Positions 45,276 to 56,159 of a stretch of 64,000 nt of DNA are shown in pieces. Each line of letters starts with the position of its first letter. Within the stretch, counting starts at the first letter, position 1. Both the position numbers and the translations under genes were made by a program. Below the pieces are notes generated by a model. The model was given only the letters and a program-made list of their open reading frames with translations. It searched no databases and had not been told where the DNA came from. The stretch comes from a virus (Duplodnaviria; Caudoviricetes), in the IMG/VR virus record IMGVR_UViG_641201006_000001, positions 32,001 through 96,000 of that record; one strand, written 5' to 3'.

Positions 45276-45289
45276 AAAGGAGGAAAATC

Positions 45290-45673
45290 ATGCGTACCCA
45301 GTTAAACGATTGGCAAATACGAGCAAGGGAGAATGAAAACGAAATGAAGTACGTTCACATTCCGTATCAAACAGTTGCGCATAGTCCGGCGGAGATTGTA
45401 ACGTATCCAGTTCCATTCCCTGCCGACATCAAGGGTATCAACATCAAGACCATTCGCATTGTATCAGAAGAGTCCCTGAACTTCGTTGTGAGCTTGATGG
45501 ATGGAAACACCAATGATGTGATTTACGAAAGTCTAGATGAGTTAGGAATGCAATACGACCAAGTAGACATTCCGTACAAACCGGCGGAACAGAAACTATT
45601 TGTTCGCATACATAACAAAGGGAGCGTCGCTACACGCTTTACAATCGACGTTCGAGGATTAGAGGTGAAGTAG
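45290..45673 (+). CDS. Small virion-region protein, paralog of 3037..3408
   Basis: AAAGGAGG RBS. YDQVDIPY vs YDNLDLPF and a matching C-terminus. Confidence 0.75.
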   Translation: MRTQLNDWQIRARENENEMKYVHIPYQTVAHSPAEIVTYPVPFPADIKGINIKTIRIVSEESLNFVVSLMDGNTNDVIYESLDELGMQYDQVDIPYKPAEQKLFVRIHNKGSVATRFTIDVRGLEVK

Positions 45674-45674
45674 G

Positions 45675-46556
45675 ATGGCAATGTACAAAGGAAAGGTCAA
45701 GAAGTCAGACCTAGTTGGATTGCTCGTTGATAAATTAACAACTGCGCCAGTAGGTTCCGGTGAAGCATACTGGAAAGCAGTGCAGTCCGGAAAGGTCGAT
45801 ACAGAAGGCTATGTTCTTTTCTCAAAAGGGAAAAGCGGGAAGGATAAAATCTTTATTCGTATTAAAGACGATATGACGAATGGTCGTATCTTCATGAGTA
45901 TGATGGAAGATTACCAGCCTAATAATGTAGTAGGTTTAGCGGGTACGGCAATTAATGAATCGTATCAACAACACGTTTCTTATTACAACTCAACATACGC
46001 ATCAACGATGCCTGTTATCTATCTCTTAAACTTTGACCGAGATAAAATCATGCTTGTGTTACGAGGCGATCCGGGATACTCTACTAGTTTTCCGGGGTAT
46101 GTACTTGCGTGGATTGGAATGCCGGAGCGATTAAGTAATGAGCCTGATTCAACTGCGGTATCATTTGCGGTCAGTCGATATGGGTATCAATTAACTGCTG
46201 CTGGTTCATCTGCTGGTGGTGCTTATGCTACGCTAAAATCACTACGTAATCGTAGAAGATTAACACAGCAAAACTACAGTATGACTTACGTAGCTAATCC
46301 AAGAACAAAAGGTGCAGGAGGAATCATCTCTACATCTCCTATTTACTTACGAGATGGACAGGAAGGCGGACGCAGTAAGCTTGCTGGTGTTCTTCCTATC
46401 TTCCAAAGTACAACATTACCTGACTTTAAGAATGGTGATGAGATTACGATTGATTCCAAACGATATGTCATTTATGAGGTAGGACAAATCAGTGGCGCAA
46501 GTTCCGATGTAAACTGCTTCCCTTCTCCATACATGGCAATCGAATACTTAACGTAA
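45675..46556 (+). CDS. Paralog 1 of a tandem triplet of unknown function
   Basis: GKSGKDKIFI, FDRDKIML, WIGMPERL and NGDEITIDSKRY are shared with the next two ORFs. Confidence 0.75.
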   Translation: MAMYKGKVKKSDLVGLLVDKLTTAPVGSGEAYWKAVQSGKVDTEGYVLFSKGKSGKDKIFIRIKDDMTNGRIFMSMMEDYQPNNVVGLAGTAINESYQQHVSYYNSTYASTMPVIYLLNFDRDKIMLVLRGDPGYSTSFPGYVLAWIGMPERLSNEPDSTAVSFAVSRYGYQLTAAGSSAGGAYATLKSLRNRRRLTQQNYSMTYVANPRTKGAGGIISTSPIYLRDGQEGGRSKLAGVLPIFQSTTLPDFKNGDEITIDSKRYVIYEVGQISGASSDVNCFPSPYMAIEYLT

Positions 46557-46568
46557 GGAGGGATTCTC

Positions 46569-47381
46569 ATGGCGATCTATAAAGGAACCATTAAGGCAGA
46601 CCAGTTCTATAATAAAATCTGCGAACTGCTCATTGCCGAAGGATACCAAGATGTAACCATCAATCAATCGAATGAAGGTCGAGTGTTTTATACACAAGGC
46701 GTGAGTGGGAAAGATACCTTCTATATCCAACTGTATAAAGCATACTTAGGTTCGATTAACATTGGTGTGTACGAAGGATATAATAACGACGGCACAGGTA
46801 AAGGCGCATTCCAAAACGGAAACCAATATGTATACATCAACTGGATGAACGATATATCAACAACTGAGTCTACTTATTCTGTTAAGTACGTTATCAATGT
46901 AAACAAAGATAGACTACTTATCTACGTAGAAGGTCTATATGTCAACTCAAACAAAATGGTTTCACTTACTTATGCAGGTCTTCCAAAGCGTTATGATCCA
47001 AAAGACCTAAGTGGGTATGCTGCATTTGTAACAGGAACATCTGTTGTAAAGACTGCCGTATCTCATCAAACAAGAATGCTTCGTGACCGTTCTCTTGCAA
47101 AGAATGTTGAGTATCTAGCAACAGCGATGGACTTAGGCGCACAACCCGGATGGACAAATAAATTGTTCCGTAGTCCTATCTATCTATATCATCGTACGAA
47201 TGGTGCGTTTGAAGGATTACGAGGAGAACTAGAAGGTATCTTCTACATTCCAAAAAACGATACAGTCAATGGTGACATCGTAACGGAAGACGGAAAACAA
47301 TATATGCTTGTTAGACCAACATATAATAGTACAACGACTGGCGTGCTATACGGGCAATGGTTCTACGCTATTGAAATATAA
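46569..47381 (+). CDS. Paralog 2 of the tandem triplet
   Basis: GVSGKDTFYI, VNKDRLLI, YAGLPKRYD, EGLRGELEGI; AAGGAGG RBS. Confidence 0.75.
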   Translation: MAIYKGTIKADQFYNKICELLIAEGYQDVTINQSNEGRVFYTQGVSGKDTFYIQLYKAYLGSINIGVYEGYNNDGTGKGAFQNGNQYVYINWMNDISTTESTYSVKYVINVNKDRLLIYVEGLYVNSNKMVSLTYAGLPKRYDPKDLSGYAAFVTGTSVVKTAVSHQTRMLRDRSLAKNVEYLATAMDLGAQPGWTNKLFRSPIYLYHRTNGAFEGLRGELEGIFYIPKNDTVNGDIVTEDGKQYMLVRPTYNSTTTGVLYGQWFYAIEI

Positions 47382-47395
47382 AGGAGGAATTATAG

Positions 47396-48199
47396 ATGGC
47401 ATATCATACTGGTACAGTACAAGCGAAAGACTTGCTTGCTACAATCATCAATAAAGTAACAATGGTTCAGCCGGGCGAAACTGATGCTTGGTGGAAGAAA
47501 GAATCATCTGTAGAAGCAGATGGTGTATACACATCAACAGGTTCAACAGGAAAAGAACGTATCGTAATCATGCTTCGTCCCGGTACAGATGGACAAACAA
47601 TTATCGTCGGTACAGCAAAAGATTATACACCGGGTGCAGCAAATGTTGCAGGTGCGTTTATCTCATCTAGTCTATTCTCGATGCAATATTATTCAGCAAC
47701 GCAAGACCCTGCTGTTCTTGTAAGCTATGATTTAAGTGTAACGAAAGACCGCATTATCCTACATGTACAAGGTGATAAACTAATCAATGGATGGTATAAC
47801 CCTGTTGCCTTTCTTGGTATGCCAGTTCGCTACGACATCAACGATAAGAATTGTATTGTTCGTGCAACAAACGAGAACGTTCCATCTGCTGAAAGCGTTG
47901 GACTTATGGTTGTAGAAAATAGTGTAGGAAATGTATGGTCGAAATACACATGGAAATACGTAGACTCACCAAGCAATCCATCATGGGGTAATACTTACTT
48001 CCTTGAGACATTCCACTTTAGTTTTCCGGGTGAAGGTCTTCGTGGAGAACTAGAAGGCATCTACGGATTACCATCAGATAATGTTAGTGACGGTGATATT
48101 ATAGATGTAGATGGTACGCAGTTTAAAATCATCAAGCGTACGAATACAGCTCAATATAACGGATTCCCACGAGATACACTTGCAATGAAAATGAAGTAG
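47396..48199 (+). CDS. Paralog 3 of the tandem triplet
   Basis: GSTGKERIVI, VTKDRIIL, FLGMPVRYD, EGLRGELEGI; AAAGGAGG RBS. Confidence 0.75.
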   Translation: MAYHTGTVQAKDLLATIINKVTMVQPGETDAWWKKESSVEADGVYTSTGSTGKERIVIMLRPGTDGQTIIVGTAKDYTPGAANVAGAFISSSLFSMQYYSATQDPAVLVSYDLSVTKDRIILHVQGDKLINGWYNPVAFLGMPVRYDINDKNCIVRATNENVPSAESVGLMVVENSVGNVWSKYTWKYVDSPSNPSWGNTYFLETFHFSFPGEGLRGELEGIYGLPSDNVSDGDIIDVDGTQFKIIKRTNTAQYNGFPRDTLAMKMK

Positions 48200-48212
48200 G
48201 GAGGGATAGATC

Positions 48213-48557
48213 ATGGCTGATGTAAAACATGGACGTATCCTTCGACCTATTACAAAAGGTGCAAGACAGATAACAGCCGTTATGACCTCTGTAGAATCTC
48301 GTTCTGTCGCGAACTTGATACCGACAGATATATCAGATGCTACACGTAAATATAAAGTTGTGAATCCATTGAAAGCCGGTATCAGACCATCACAAGGACT
48401 GGTAATGGAGTCACCGGAAGCACGCATACTAGCAGAACAAGTACCGGTGATTTACACAGGTAGAGGAGCAATGCCTCTGACAATGAATGACCAACCAACA
48501 ACAGAACGAAAACCGATTCGTCGCTGGCCTCGTGACTGGCACGGTGAAAACATGTAG
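48213..48557 (+). CDS. Hypothetical protein (114 aa)
   Basis: GGAGG RBS, fills the gap between genes, followed by a terminator. Confidence 0.7.
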   Translation: MADVKHGRILRPITKGARQITAVMTSVESRSVANLIPTDISDATRKYKVVNPLKAGIRPSQGLVMESPEARILAEQVPVIYTGRGAMPLTMNDQPTTERKPIRRWPRDWHGENM

Positions 48558-48582
48558 CAGAGGTCTATCCTCTGCTCTTTTT
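48556..48582 (+). terminator. Intrinsic terminator
   Basis: agcagagg-tctat-cctctgct followed by cttttt. Confidence 0.8.
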
Positions 48583-48596
48583 ATAGGAGGGATATT

Positions 48597-49715
48597 ATGC
48601 AATCACGTTTTGCAGAAATAACAGAAGTCATGCAGAAAGAATTACCAAGATGGTTTAAGATGCGTAAGGATAAGAATAGTATGGGTGCGCAGTTCCTTAA
48701 CGTATTCGGCTTACAATTCGATGACATTAAGTTCATGCTTCAATATGCATTAGACAATCAGTTCATCGGTACGGCTGATGTACATCAAATCGACATCATC
48801 TATAAAGCCAACATACCAGCTACGTTAACGGAAGAAGATACGTTCATCTTAATTGGCGGGAATACAAAGTTACAAACCTGCAACAGCTTAAAAGAGTTCT
48901 TCGAGGGAATCGACACACGTTTCTTAGAACGTAAAGAAATCTATTACCCAAATCCATATTACATCGACTGGGTGCAGCACATCGTTTATTTCAAACGTGC
49001 GTATGATCCAACGGAATCTTATCCGGAAGGAAGAGTCACACTGCGATTACTAGATGATGAATTTAAGACAATTGCAGAACACGAACTACCACAACACATT
49101 CATCATGTGCATAACTTCTTTGATGAGTTTGGGTTGCTACTAGATACAGCACGATTATATGGCGAGAAGAACCGTGAATACAAAGAACGATTACTTGATG
49201 TATTCCGTCACCCTGCTAACTCTACAAAGACTGGTTTAGAGTTTCACTTGGCTCGTGAGTTAGGATTATGGAAAGAAGTAAAGTGGTATGACGGCGGTGC
49301 AGAACTGGTATTAAACCAAAGTAATATCTTACCGCATAGCATTGAGGTCGATGGAATCAAGTGGGGAGAATCTATGATTAAATACGACCATAGCGGACGA
49401 GTGGTACTGAGCGCAGATGAAGAGTTCCGAAACATCTCACGAACAGTTCGATTTATCTCCGGACTCAAGATGCACACCTTCCACGATAAGCGTGACTACG
49501 CCTTTCAGCGAGAGTTGTATGACATTGATGGTACGCCGACGACCATGCTACAATACTATGTAGATGTCATAACAAATAAGATTCCGATTCTATGGAATCA
49601 CTTTGTATGGAACGAATCATTTTGGAATGTAGCTGACACAGAAATGAGTGGGTACGGAGCAATCCCTACATTTAACGATGCTCGCTTCTTAAATTGGCAG
49701 AAATATAAGGGGTAG
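48597..49715 (+). CDS. Putative baseplate wedge partner (P2 gpI-like)
   Basis: FFDEFGLLL...RL.GE.N.EYKERL.......NST..GL resembles the LD..G....R..E.D..YR.RI motif of wedge proteins. Confidence 0.55.
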   Translation: MQSRFAEITEVMQKELPRWFKMRKDKNSMGAQFLNVFGLQFDDIKFMLQYALDNQFIGTADVHQIDIIYKANIPATLTEEDTFILIGGNTKLQTCNSLKEFFEGIDTRFLERKEIYYPNPYYIDWVQHIVYFKRAYDPTESYPEGRVTLRLLDDEFKTIAEHELPQHIHHVHNFFDEFGLLLDTARLYGEKNREYKERLLDVFRHPANSTKTGLEFHLARELGLWKEVKWYDGGAELVLNQSNILPHSIEVDGIKWGESMIKYDHSGRVVLSADEEFRNISRTVRFISGLKMHTFHDKRDYAFQRELYDIDGTPTTMLQYYVDVITNKIPILWNHFVWNESFWNVADTEMSGYGAIPTFNDARFLNWQKYKG

Positions 49716-49727
49716 GAGGAAACAAGC

Positions 49728-52700
49728 ATGGCTACTCGTAATTTTAATATGACGCTACAACTTGATGCGAAATACATCGGTGAGCGTTGGTGGGCGGGTG
49801 AAGAGATTCACCAGTTATGGAATGTAGAAAACATGAATACACTGCAACGTTCTGAATGGGGATTAGATAGAAACGGTTGGATACAATATCGTAGCCAACT
49901 GGATTCCTATTCGATTCGTTATAGTGCATGGGATACCATCTTAAACGATTACTACTTCGAAACAAAGATGCAACCTGCTGGTCAAGGGAACTATGAGATT
50001 GGGTTAGCATTCCGTATGAAAGACCGTTACTCATTCTACTACTTAACATATAACGGTGGATATGCAGACTGGGGCGGTAAGAACATTCGCCTGATGAAAG
50101 TAATCGGTACGCAACATGTAAAGCTGGCTGAGTATGAATGTCCTGTATTCGATACAAAGACCGTTTACAAAGTTCGTGTTGATTTAAAAGGTAACAACAT
50201 TAAGGTTACATGGGATGACCAAGTTATCTTTAACTTCAACGACCCAAACCCAATTCCAAACGGTGCATTCGGGCCACTTGTAATGGGACAAGAGTTTGCG
50301 AAGTGGGAAGGCTTCCAAGCGAAGAACGTAACGAAGTTCATCTTGCAAGAACGCTACAATGATTTAGGAGTAGAGTCCAACTACAATTCACCTGAAACTG
50401 GTAAGCTAGTAGACTCGAAAACTGTTGAAGACTTAATGCGTAAGCAACTTGATACATACTTAAACGGACGAGTATATGAACGTATCATCTATGATGCATT
50501 CCGTCTTGTATCGTCTGAACCAAGAGTCAAACTAGTCTTTGACCGTGTACCAAATAAAAACGTTACATCTGACCCGACATCTCGAATCTATGCTTATCAA
50601 GATGCGCCGTCAGTACCGCCTGTCGCTCCTATTAACTTACTGGGTAAAGCATTAAGTACATCTAGTATTCAGCTTGACTGGACGCATGTCGATGACAGCG
50701 AAGATGGATTCTATATACTAGATGAGAACGGTGAGACAAAAGGAATTGTCGGGGTAGACACATTCCAATTTATCGAGGAAGGCTTGGAGGAGAATACCAG
50801 TTACAAACGTAAAGTGGTTGCCTTCAACGTAGCGGGACGAAGTAAAGAATCAAATACAGTTATCGTGAAGACATTGCAGTCCGTACCAATTGCGCCATCT
50901 GACTTCGAGGGGAAACCAACAGGTGATGGTGAAATTACATGGACATGGAAAGACCATTCATTCAACGAAGCATCATTTGAAATTATTGAGTGGGATCAGT
51001 ACGGAAACATTCAAGTCATTGGTACAGTTGGTGAGAACGTAACAGTATTTGTTGAGAAGGGATTAATTCCGTTACAAGAATATACTCGTGCTGTAAGGGC
51101 AAAGAACCCTGCGGGCGTGAGTCCTCCTTCTAATAAAGCAACAGTAAAGACGAAAAAGGACGTACCACCAAAACCAAACAAAGCACCAATCAACTTCTAC
51201 GGCGTAGGGATTTCAGACGATACAATCGTTTGGTCATGGGAGGATGAAAATACAGTACCGATTGATGGCTACGAGTTATTGGATCCGGACGATAATGTTA
51301 TCGCAACAATTAAAGGCAAGATTACGAACTTCTACGAAAGCGGACTATATGCAAAGATGAAGTACCGCAGAAAGATTCGTGCTTTCAATGAAGGCGGAGT
51401 GGGGCCAGCATCTTTAATTGCAGAGGCGGAAACATTAGACTACGGTAGTAACTTTAAAGATAAGCCAGTTGCTCCGTTTAATCTATACATCATGGAAGTC
51501 GGTACAGACCGATGTAAGTTACGTTGGGAATACAATGACCATCCATTAATGCCGGCAGTCGGATTCAACTTATACAATGAGTTAGACCAAGTAGTAGATA
51601 CTGTACCACTTGAAGTACGTGAACGTAATATCCTGCACTTAAATCCTGACTCGGTTTATTACTTCTACGTAACGGCGTACAACAAGAATGGCGACAGTTT
51701 ACCGTCGAATAAAGTACGTGTTAAAACACTCAAGGTATATGTTGACGAAAATGAGAATAACGAAGATGACAAGACTCCTTCGAAACCTCTCGATGATCCG
51801 CTAGGAGATTTAACATATGACCAAGAGAAACCGGGCATGGAAAAGATTCGTGCATTCCAATCCGGTATTGGTGACCGCTTAGATTTAGCCGTACGTAATG
51901 TAATGCATACAGGCGGAGTCAATATGGAAGAGTTCGATTGTGCGATGTACATCAAAGGGTTGTATCAAAAAGAAGAACCGAAGTTTGTTGACGTGCAATT
52001 TAAGTTCCGTGTTACATGTAACGGTATTGATGTTCGTAACCGCACCGCTTACTCAAAAGTATCCGAATGGATGGGCGCAACAGTTCGCGGCGGTGAAGAT
52101 GGTATTACATTCAATACACCAACAAAGATGGAAACGCCGGACTATGTAACAGAGAAAATATACACAATCGAAGTGCAGGACATGAAAGGTAATACAATTC
52201 CGATGGACGGCACAGAGAAAGGCGATGTAAAAGTACACTGGACTCTTGACCCGTATGAAGCGAAAGACAAGATTGGATGGGTACAAGAAATCTATATGCG
52301 TAACGTATTTAACAACTGGAAGAAGTTCTCGCATAAAGGTGTATTTCAACCAGCGAATAGTTTAGAGATGAATGCATGGCGTTACAAAGAAGATACGGAT
52401 GAGTTAATCTGTACGCAGAATACAGATACATATGTTGGTGCAGTAAGTCCTGATGTATATGATGACTATTACATCAAAGCGCAGTTCCGTTCAAACAACT
52501 GGGACGATGATGCAATGGCATTCGTCGTTGCTTATACGCTAGATGAGTACAGCCGTGAACATACCATTTCAGCAGTACGTACACATTCATCTGCTATCAC
52601 ATGGTCGTTAGTTTATAACTACTCATCAACTGGTCAGAAGACATTAGCTTCTAACATCGAGGTTGATAAGGAACTTGTAAGTAATGACAATACAAAAGGC

Positions 52701-55700
52701 GGTTGGGCTGGCTTCTATCCAAACGGTACAATCATTGAGGTTGTTCGTGAAGGTACGAAGATTACAGCAAGAACATCGGCTGCGGGTAAAACAGAATTAG
52801 GCTACGAGTTAAAGATAGACCTAGACAGCTTACCTGAACTTGCGAAATTCAAGAAGCCTTGTCATATCGGCGTAGCATCTTTATCCCAGCAGGATTCAGC
52901 ACTCAAGATTCAAGAGTTCCGTGGGAATAAGACAGAAGTGTACACGATATATAACTTACGTGCATGGACGAACTACAAAGATAATGTAGGGAATCAAACA
53001 GAATGGATTGGATCTATTTCGAAAACGAAGCGCATGAAAGTAAAAGCATTTGAGCAATTACGATTCACTGGACGCATTCGTTCACCGAAGTATGAGATTC
53101 CGTGGCAGAAGTTAAATGAGAAATACTTCTTCGACCCAACGGGATATAAGGTTGTTGTGAACTGTAGCAATCCAAACGTGGATGTAACGCTAGAGTTTAA
53201 CATAACAGACTTCTTCCCGAAAGAATCAACGTACATTGACATTCCGATGATAGCGAAGATACTGAACCACACGCAAACTCCGTGGAATCCAAGTATCCAT
53301 CATGGCTATTACTATCTGAATCATAAGGAACATTTCTTATTCTCGAATCCGGAAGTGTTACCGAAAGAGACATCCAATAGTGGCGTCTATGTCTACAACT
53401 TCCCGTACAGCATTCGTCTTGTCGGACAGCGTGAGTATGCAGGAAAAGACATGGTGTACAGTGATGATACAATGGCACGATTCCAATTAGGGATAATGAA
53501 GGACACGAAGTATGATGTCGATAAGAAAGTACTAACGTTAGATACAGAACCGACTGGTACATTCATCTCTCGCATCTTTGACTTCCAATATGACCTTGAC
53601 ATGTTCCGTGCAGTTGACGTCAAGCTCAAGAAAGCATTAGCAGGTTCTAGCTATACACTTGAGGTTGGTATCCCTGATGAGAACGGTGATGTAGCGACAT
53701 GGGTAAAACAGAACGGTAATTTACCGGTAGAGTTTCGTGACAAGTTCAGCCGAGTTCGTTACAAGCTAACGCTAAACGAAGGACAAAGTAAAGAGCCTTA
53801 TGCTGCTACCTTCCCGTTAGATGCCTTAGCACTTGAGAAGGGTAAGAAGAAATACATCACTGTTGACGGTAAAACAATTTACATCGACGATCCAACATTC
53901 CGTGACGTTGGTACATTCTTAACAAGTCCAATGGAATACGGAAAGCAAATCGAAGAGATGGGTATTGTGGAACTGGATATGGAAATCCCTGACGGCGGAC
54001 GAGTAGAGTTATACTCTGTCACGGCTGATGAAGAAACGGCTGACTTTGAAAATCCATCAAGAGATATGCCGTGGATTCCGCTAGAACTGGTATCTCAAAA
54101 AGGCAAACGATTCACATACCGTGTGAAGTCGGCAATGAAGAGATACGTGGTACTTGTGGCGAAGCTATTCCGTGGACTGACTTATACCTCTCAAAACACT
54201 GTCACACTAAGTGCAGATACATACGTACCGCAGTGGGCTGATAATGTAACATGGGGCGTTAATGGTATGGAGTTAGTTGACGCAAGTAAACCGGGTACAT
54301 ATCAATCAAAGGCAACGAACTTAGGCTTCATCAAGTTCTACGATAAAGTTCAGCTAGAAACAACGATGAACAATGCGAACCATAAGATTGATATTTATAC
54401 GGTAACTGGTTGGACGGCAGAAGAGGTAGAAGAAGCTGCTAAAACAGAATCCAACTGGAAGAAGGTTGTAGATGGACAGATACAAAGTGACATTCGTTAC
54501 TGCATTATGTATCGTGTTGTTTTAACATCGGGTACAGGCACAACATCACCACAGCTACAGAAGATGACAATCACGCCACTGGTTGATACATACGTTTCAC
54601 CAAAGCTCGATAACATCGTAGCAAGTGCAACACTATTCAACTGGGTGAGAGATGTGCCGGAGATTACAAGCGTGAATGTATCGGGCTACATTGAAAAGGG
54701 TATCGTTGCAGAAGAATACTTCATGCCAATGACAGGAGAGTTAATTGCCAACGGTAGTGAACAAACAATCACGGCATTACCTACAGAACGTCTAGCATGG
54801 GAATGGGTACGTAGAGAAGGGATTCCAAACCCTGATGAACTCGTACTAAAAGACTTCTTCGCAGAGATTGACCCAGCTTATCCAGTAGACCTATACACAG
54901 ACATTGCTGGTACAGGATACGTAACAGGTAAGACGACGGCATCTGTTGGTGAGCTTGTGAAGAAGAAAGAGAAGTTATACTTCGACGAGAAGACACAAGC
55001 TATTGAAGTGAAACCAATCCCGCAAGCAGGTACACCAATCTTAATCACAAATGCACAAGGCACAAGACTTCGCCAAGTTCATTTCCGTGATAGTACGACT
55101 GGTAAACCAACGCTGACGAATATGGAAAACTTAAAAGCAGATGAGACACGTTACCTATTCTTAGAACATACAGGCATTGATCCACGCTCTGCTCATGTAT
55201 GGGTAATGATTGACGGGAAGTGGACAGAGATTCTAAACATCAAGGTTGTAGAGAATCGTATTGTGCTGCCTCACTTACTCATTCCGGGGTCGGATGTACG
55301 TGTAACATATAAACTGCTTGAGTCCTTTACCGTGGATTATAACTATAGTCCGAAGACGGATGTAGCGCAGATCAAACTGCATACTACATTTGATGTGAAT
55401 GAAAAGGAAAGTCGCTTACTGGATATTCAGTACGAAACGAATAAAGAGTCGGCGTACTATCAAGCGACAGAGGTAAATTTAAATCCGTTACATACAAAGA
55501 TTAGCTCCGGCTTCTTATACTTAACGGACGAGATTTACCCGCCTCATAAGTTAGACATCAAAGCAAATCCGACGACGCTATATCACGGTAAGAAGGATAG
55601 AGTAACCGTACATGGATATGTGAAAGATGAACACGGTAATCCAGTCGTTGGCGAACGAGTAGACTTCGATGTGAAGTACGGCTCACTAGAGATTATGAAT

Positions 55701-56159
55701 CCTTTATCAGATGTGAACGGAATGGTTATGGCAATCTACACTGCGCCAAACAATAACTCATTAACATCTGACACAATTGAGATGCATGTGGTCAGTCGTG
55801 ACACAACATATCATGTGACAAACAAAGTGACGATTAATCTTGTCAAAGAAACGTTCGAGGAGAAATTAGCCATTAAGCTAGAAAAACATATGGCAACTCC
55901 GGGAGATGTTGTACAATTGAAAGTGATAGCGATGGGTATCAACTACGAACGCCTGATGAATAAAGCTATTGAAGTAAGCTGTGACATTGGCTCTGTCAGT
56001 CCAGCGAAAGGTACAACCAACGCCGATGGCGAATTGTTCGTCAAATATACAGTTCCAAATACACAAGAGAAGTTCGCGACCATCACCGTGAAAGCAAAGC
56101 GTGAAGATGGACTGCAACTTATAGAACAAAACATACTAGGTATAAGTGGGGTGTCATAA
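49728..56159 (+). CDS. Giant (2143 aa) adhesin-like virion protein: lectin-like domain, 4 FN3, thrombospondin-C-like domain, C-terminal invasin-type Ig domains
   Basis: Four P.AP.N.......I..W...GL.....Y...V.A.N..G.S..SN units (~50625-51730), NWDDDAMAFVV, and VKDEHGNPVVGERVDF / TTNADGELFVKYT (Big-1-like). Confidence 0.85.
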   Translation: MATRNFNMTLQLDAKYIGERWWAGEEIHQLWNVENMNTLQRSEWGLDRNGWIQYRSQLDSYSIRYSAWDTILNDYYFETKMQPAGQGNYEIGLAFRMKDRYSFYYLTYNGGYADWGGKNIRLMKVIGTQHVKLAEYECPVFDTKTVYKVRVDLKGNNIKVTWDDQVIFNFNDPNPIPNGAFGPLVMGQEFAKWEGFQAKNVTKFILQERYNDLGVESNYNSPETGKLVDSKTVEDLMRKQLDTYLNGRVYERIIYDAFRLVSSEPRVKLVFDRVPNKNVTSDPTSRIYAYQDAPSVPPVAPINLLGKALSTSSIQLDWTHVDDSEDGFYILDENGETKGIVGVDTFQFIEEGLEENTSYKRKVVAFNVAGRSKESNTVIVKTLQSVPIAPSDFEGKPTGDGEITWTWKDHSFNEASFEIIEWDQYGNIQVIGTVGENVTVFVEKGLIPLQEYTRAVRAKNPAGVSPPSNKATVKTKKDVPPKPNKAPINFYGVGISDDTIVWSWEDENTVPIDGYELLDPDDNVIATIKGKITNFYESGLYAKMKYRRKIRAFNEGGVGPASLIAEAETLDYGSNFKDKPVAPFNLYIMEVGTDRCKLRWEYNDHPLMPAVGFNLYNELDQVVDTVPLEVRERNILHLNPDSVYYFYVTAYNKNGDSLPSNKVRVKTLKVYVDENENNEDDKTPSKPLDDPLGDLTYDQEKPGMEKIRAFQSGIGDRLDLAVRNVMHTGGVNMEEFDCAMYIKGLYQKEEPKFVDVQFKFRVTCNGIDVRNRTAYSKVSEWMGATVRGGEDGITFNTPTKMETPDYVTEKIYTIEVQDMKGNTIPMDGTEKGDVKVHWTLDPYEAKDKIGWVQEIYMRNVFNNWKKFSHKGVFQPANSLEMNAWRYKEDTDELICTQNTDTYVGAVSPDVYDDYYIKAQFRSNNWDDDAMAFVVAYTLDEYSREHTISAVRTHSSAITWSLVYNYSSTGQKTLASNIEVDKELVSNDNTKGGWAGFYPNGTIIEVVREGTKITARTSAAGKTELGYELKIDLDSLPELAKFKKPCHIGVASLSQQDSALKIQEFRGNKTEVYTIYNLRAWTNYKDNVGNQTEWIGSISKTKRMKVKAFEQLRFTGRIRSPKYEIPWQKLNEKYFFDPTGYKVVVNCSNPNVDVTLEFNITDFFPKESTYIDIPMIAKILNHTQTPWNPSIHHGYYYLNHKEHFLFSNPEVLPKETSNSGVYVYNFPYSIRLVGQREYAGKDMVYSDDTMARFQLGIMKDTKYDVDKKVLTLDTEPTGTFISRIFDFQYDLDMFRAVDVKLKKALAGSSYTLEVGIPDENGDVATWVKQNGNLPVEFRDKFSRVRYKLTLNEGQSKEPYAATFPLDALALEKGKKKYITVDGKTIYIDDPTFRDVGTFLTSPMEYGKQIEEMGIVELDMEIPDGGRVELYSVTADEETADFENPSRDMPWIPLELVSQKGKRFTYRVKSAMKRYVVLVAKLFRGLTYTSQNTVTLSADTYVPQWADNVTWGVNGMELVDASKPGTYQSKATNLGFIKFYDKVQLETTMNNANHKIDIYTVTGWTAEEVEEAAKTESNWKKVVDGQIQSDIRYCIMYRVVLTSGTGTTSPQLQKMTITPLVDTYVSPKLDNIVASATLFNWVRDVPEITSVNVSGYIEKGIVAEEYFMPMTGELIANGSEQTITALPTERLAWEWVRREGIPNPDELVLKDFFAEIDPAYPVDLYTDIAGTGYVTGKTTASVGELVKKKEKLYFDEKTQAIEVKPIPQAGTPILITNAQGTRLRQVHFRDSTTGKPTLTNMENLKADETRYLFLEHTGIDPRSAHVWVMIDGKWTEILNIKVVENRIVLPHLLIPGSDVRVTYKLLESFTVDYNYSPKTDVAQIKLHTTFDVNEKESRLLDIQYETNKESAYYQATEVNLNPLHTKISSGFLYLTDEIYPPHKLDIKANPTTLYHGKKDRVTVHGYVKDEHGNPVVGERVDFDVKYGSLEIMNPLSDVNGMVMAIYTAPNNNSLTSDTIEMHVVSRDTTYHVTNKVTINLVKETFEEKLAIKLEKHMATPGDVVQLKVIAMGINYERLMNKAIEVSCDIGSVSPAKGTTNADGELFVKYTVPNTQEKFATITVKAKREDGLQLIEQNILGISGVS

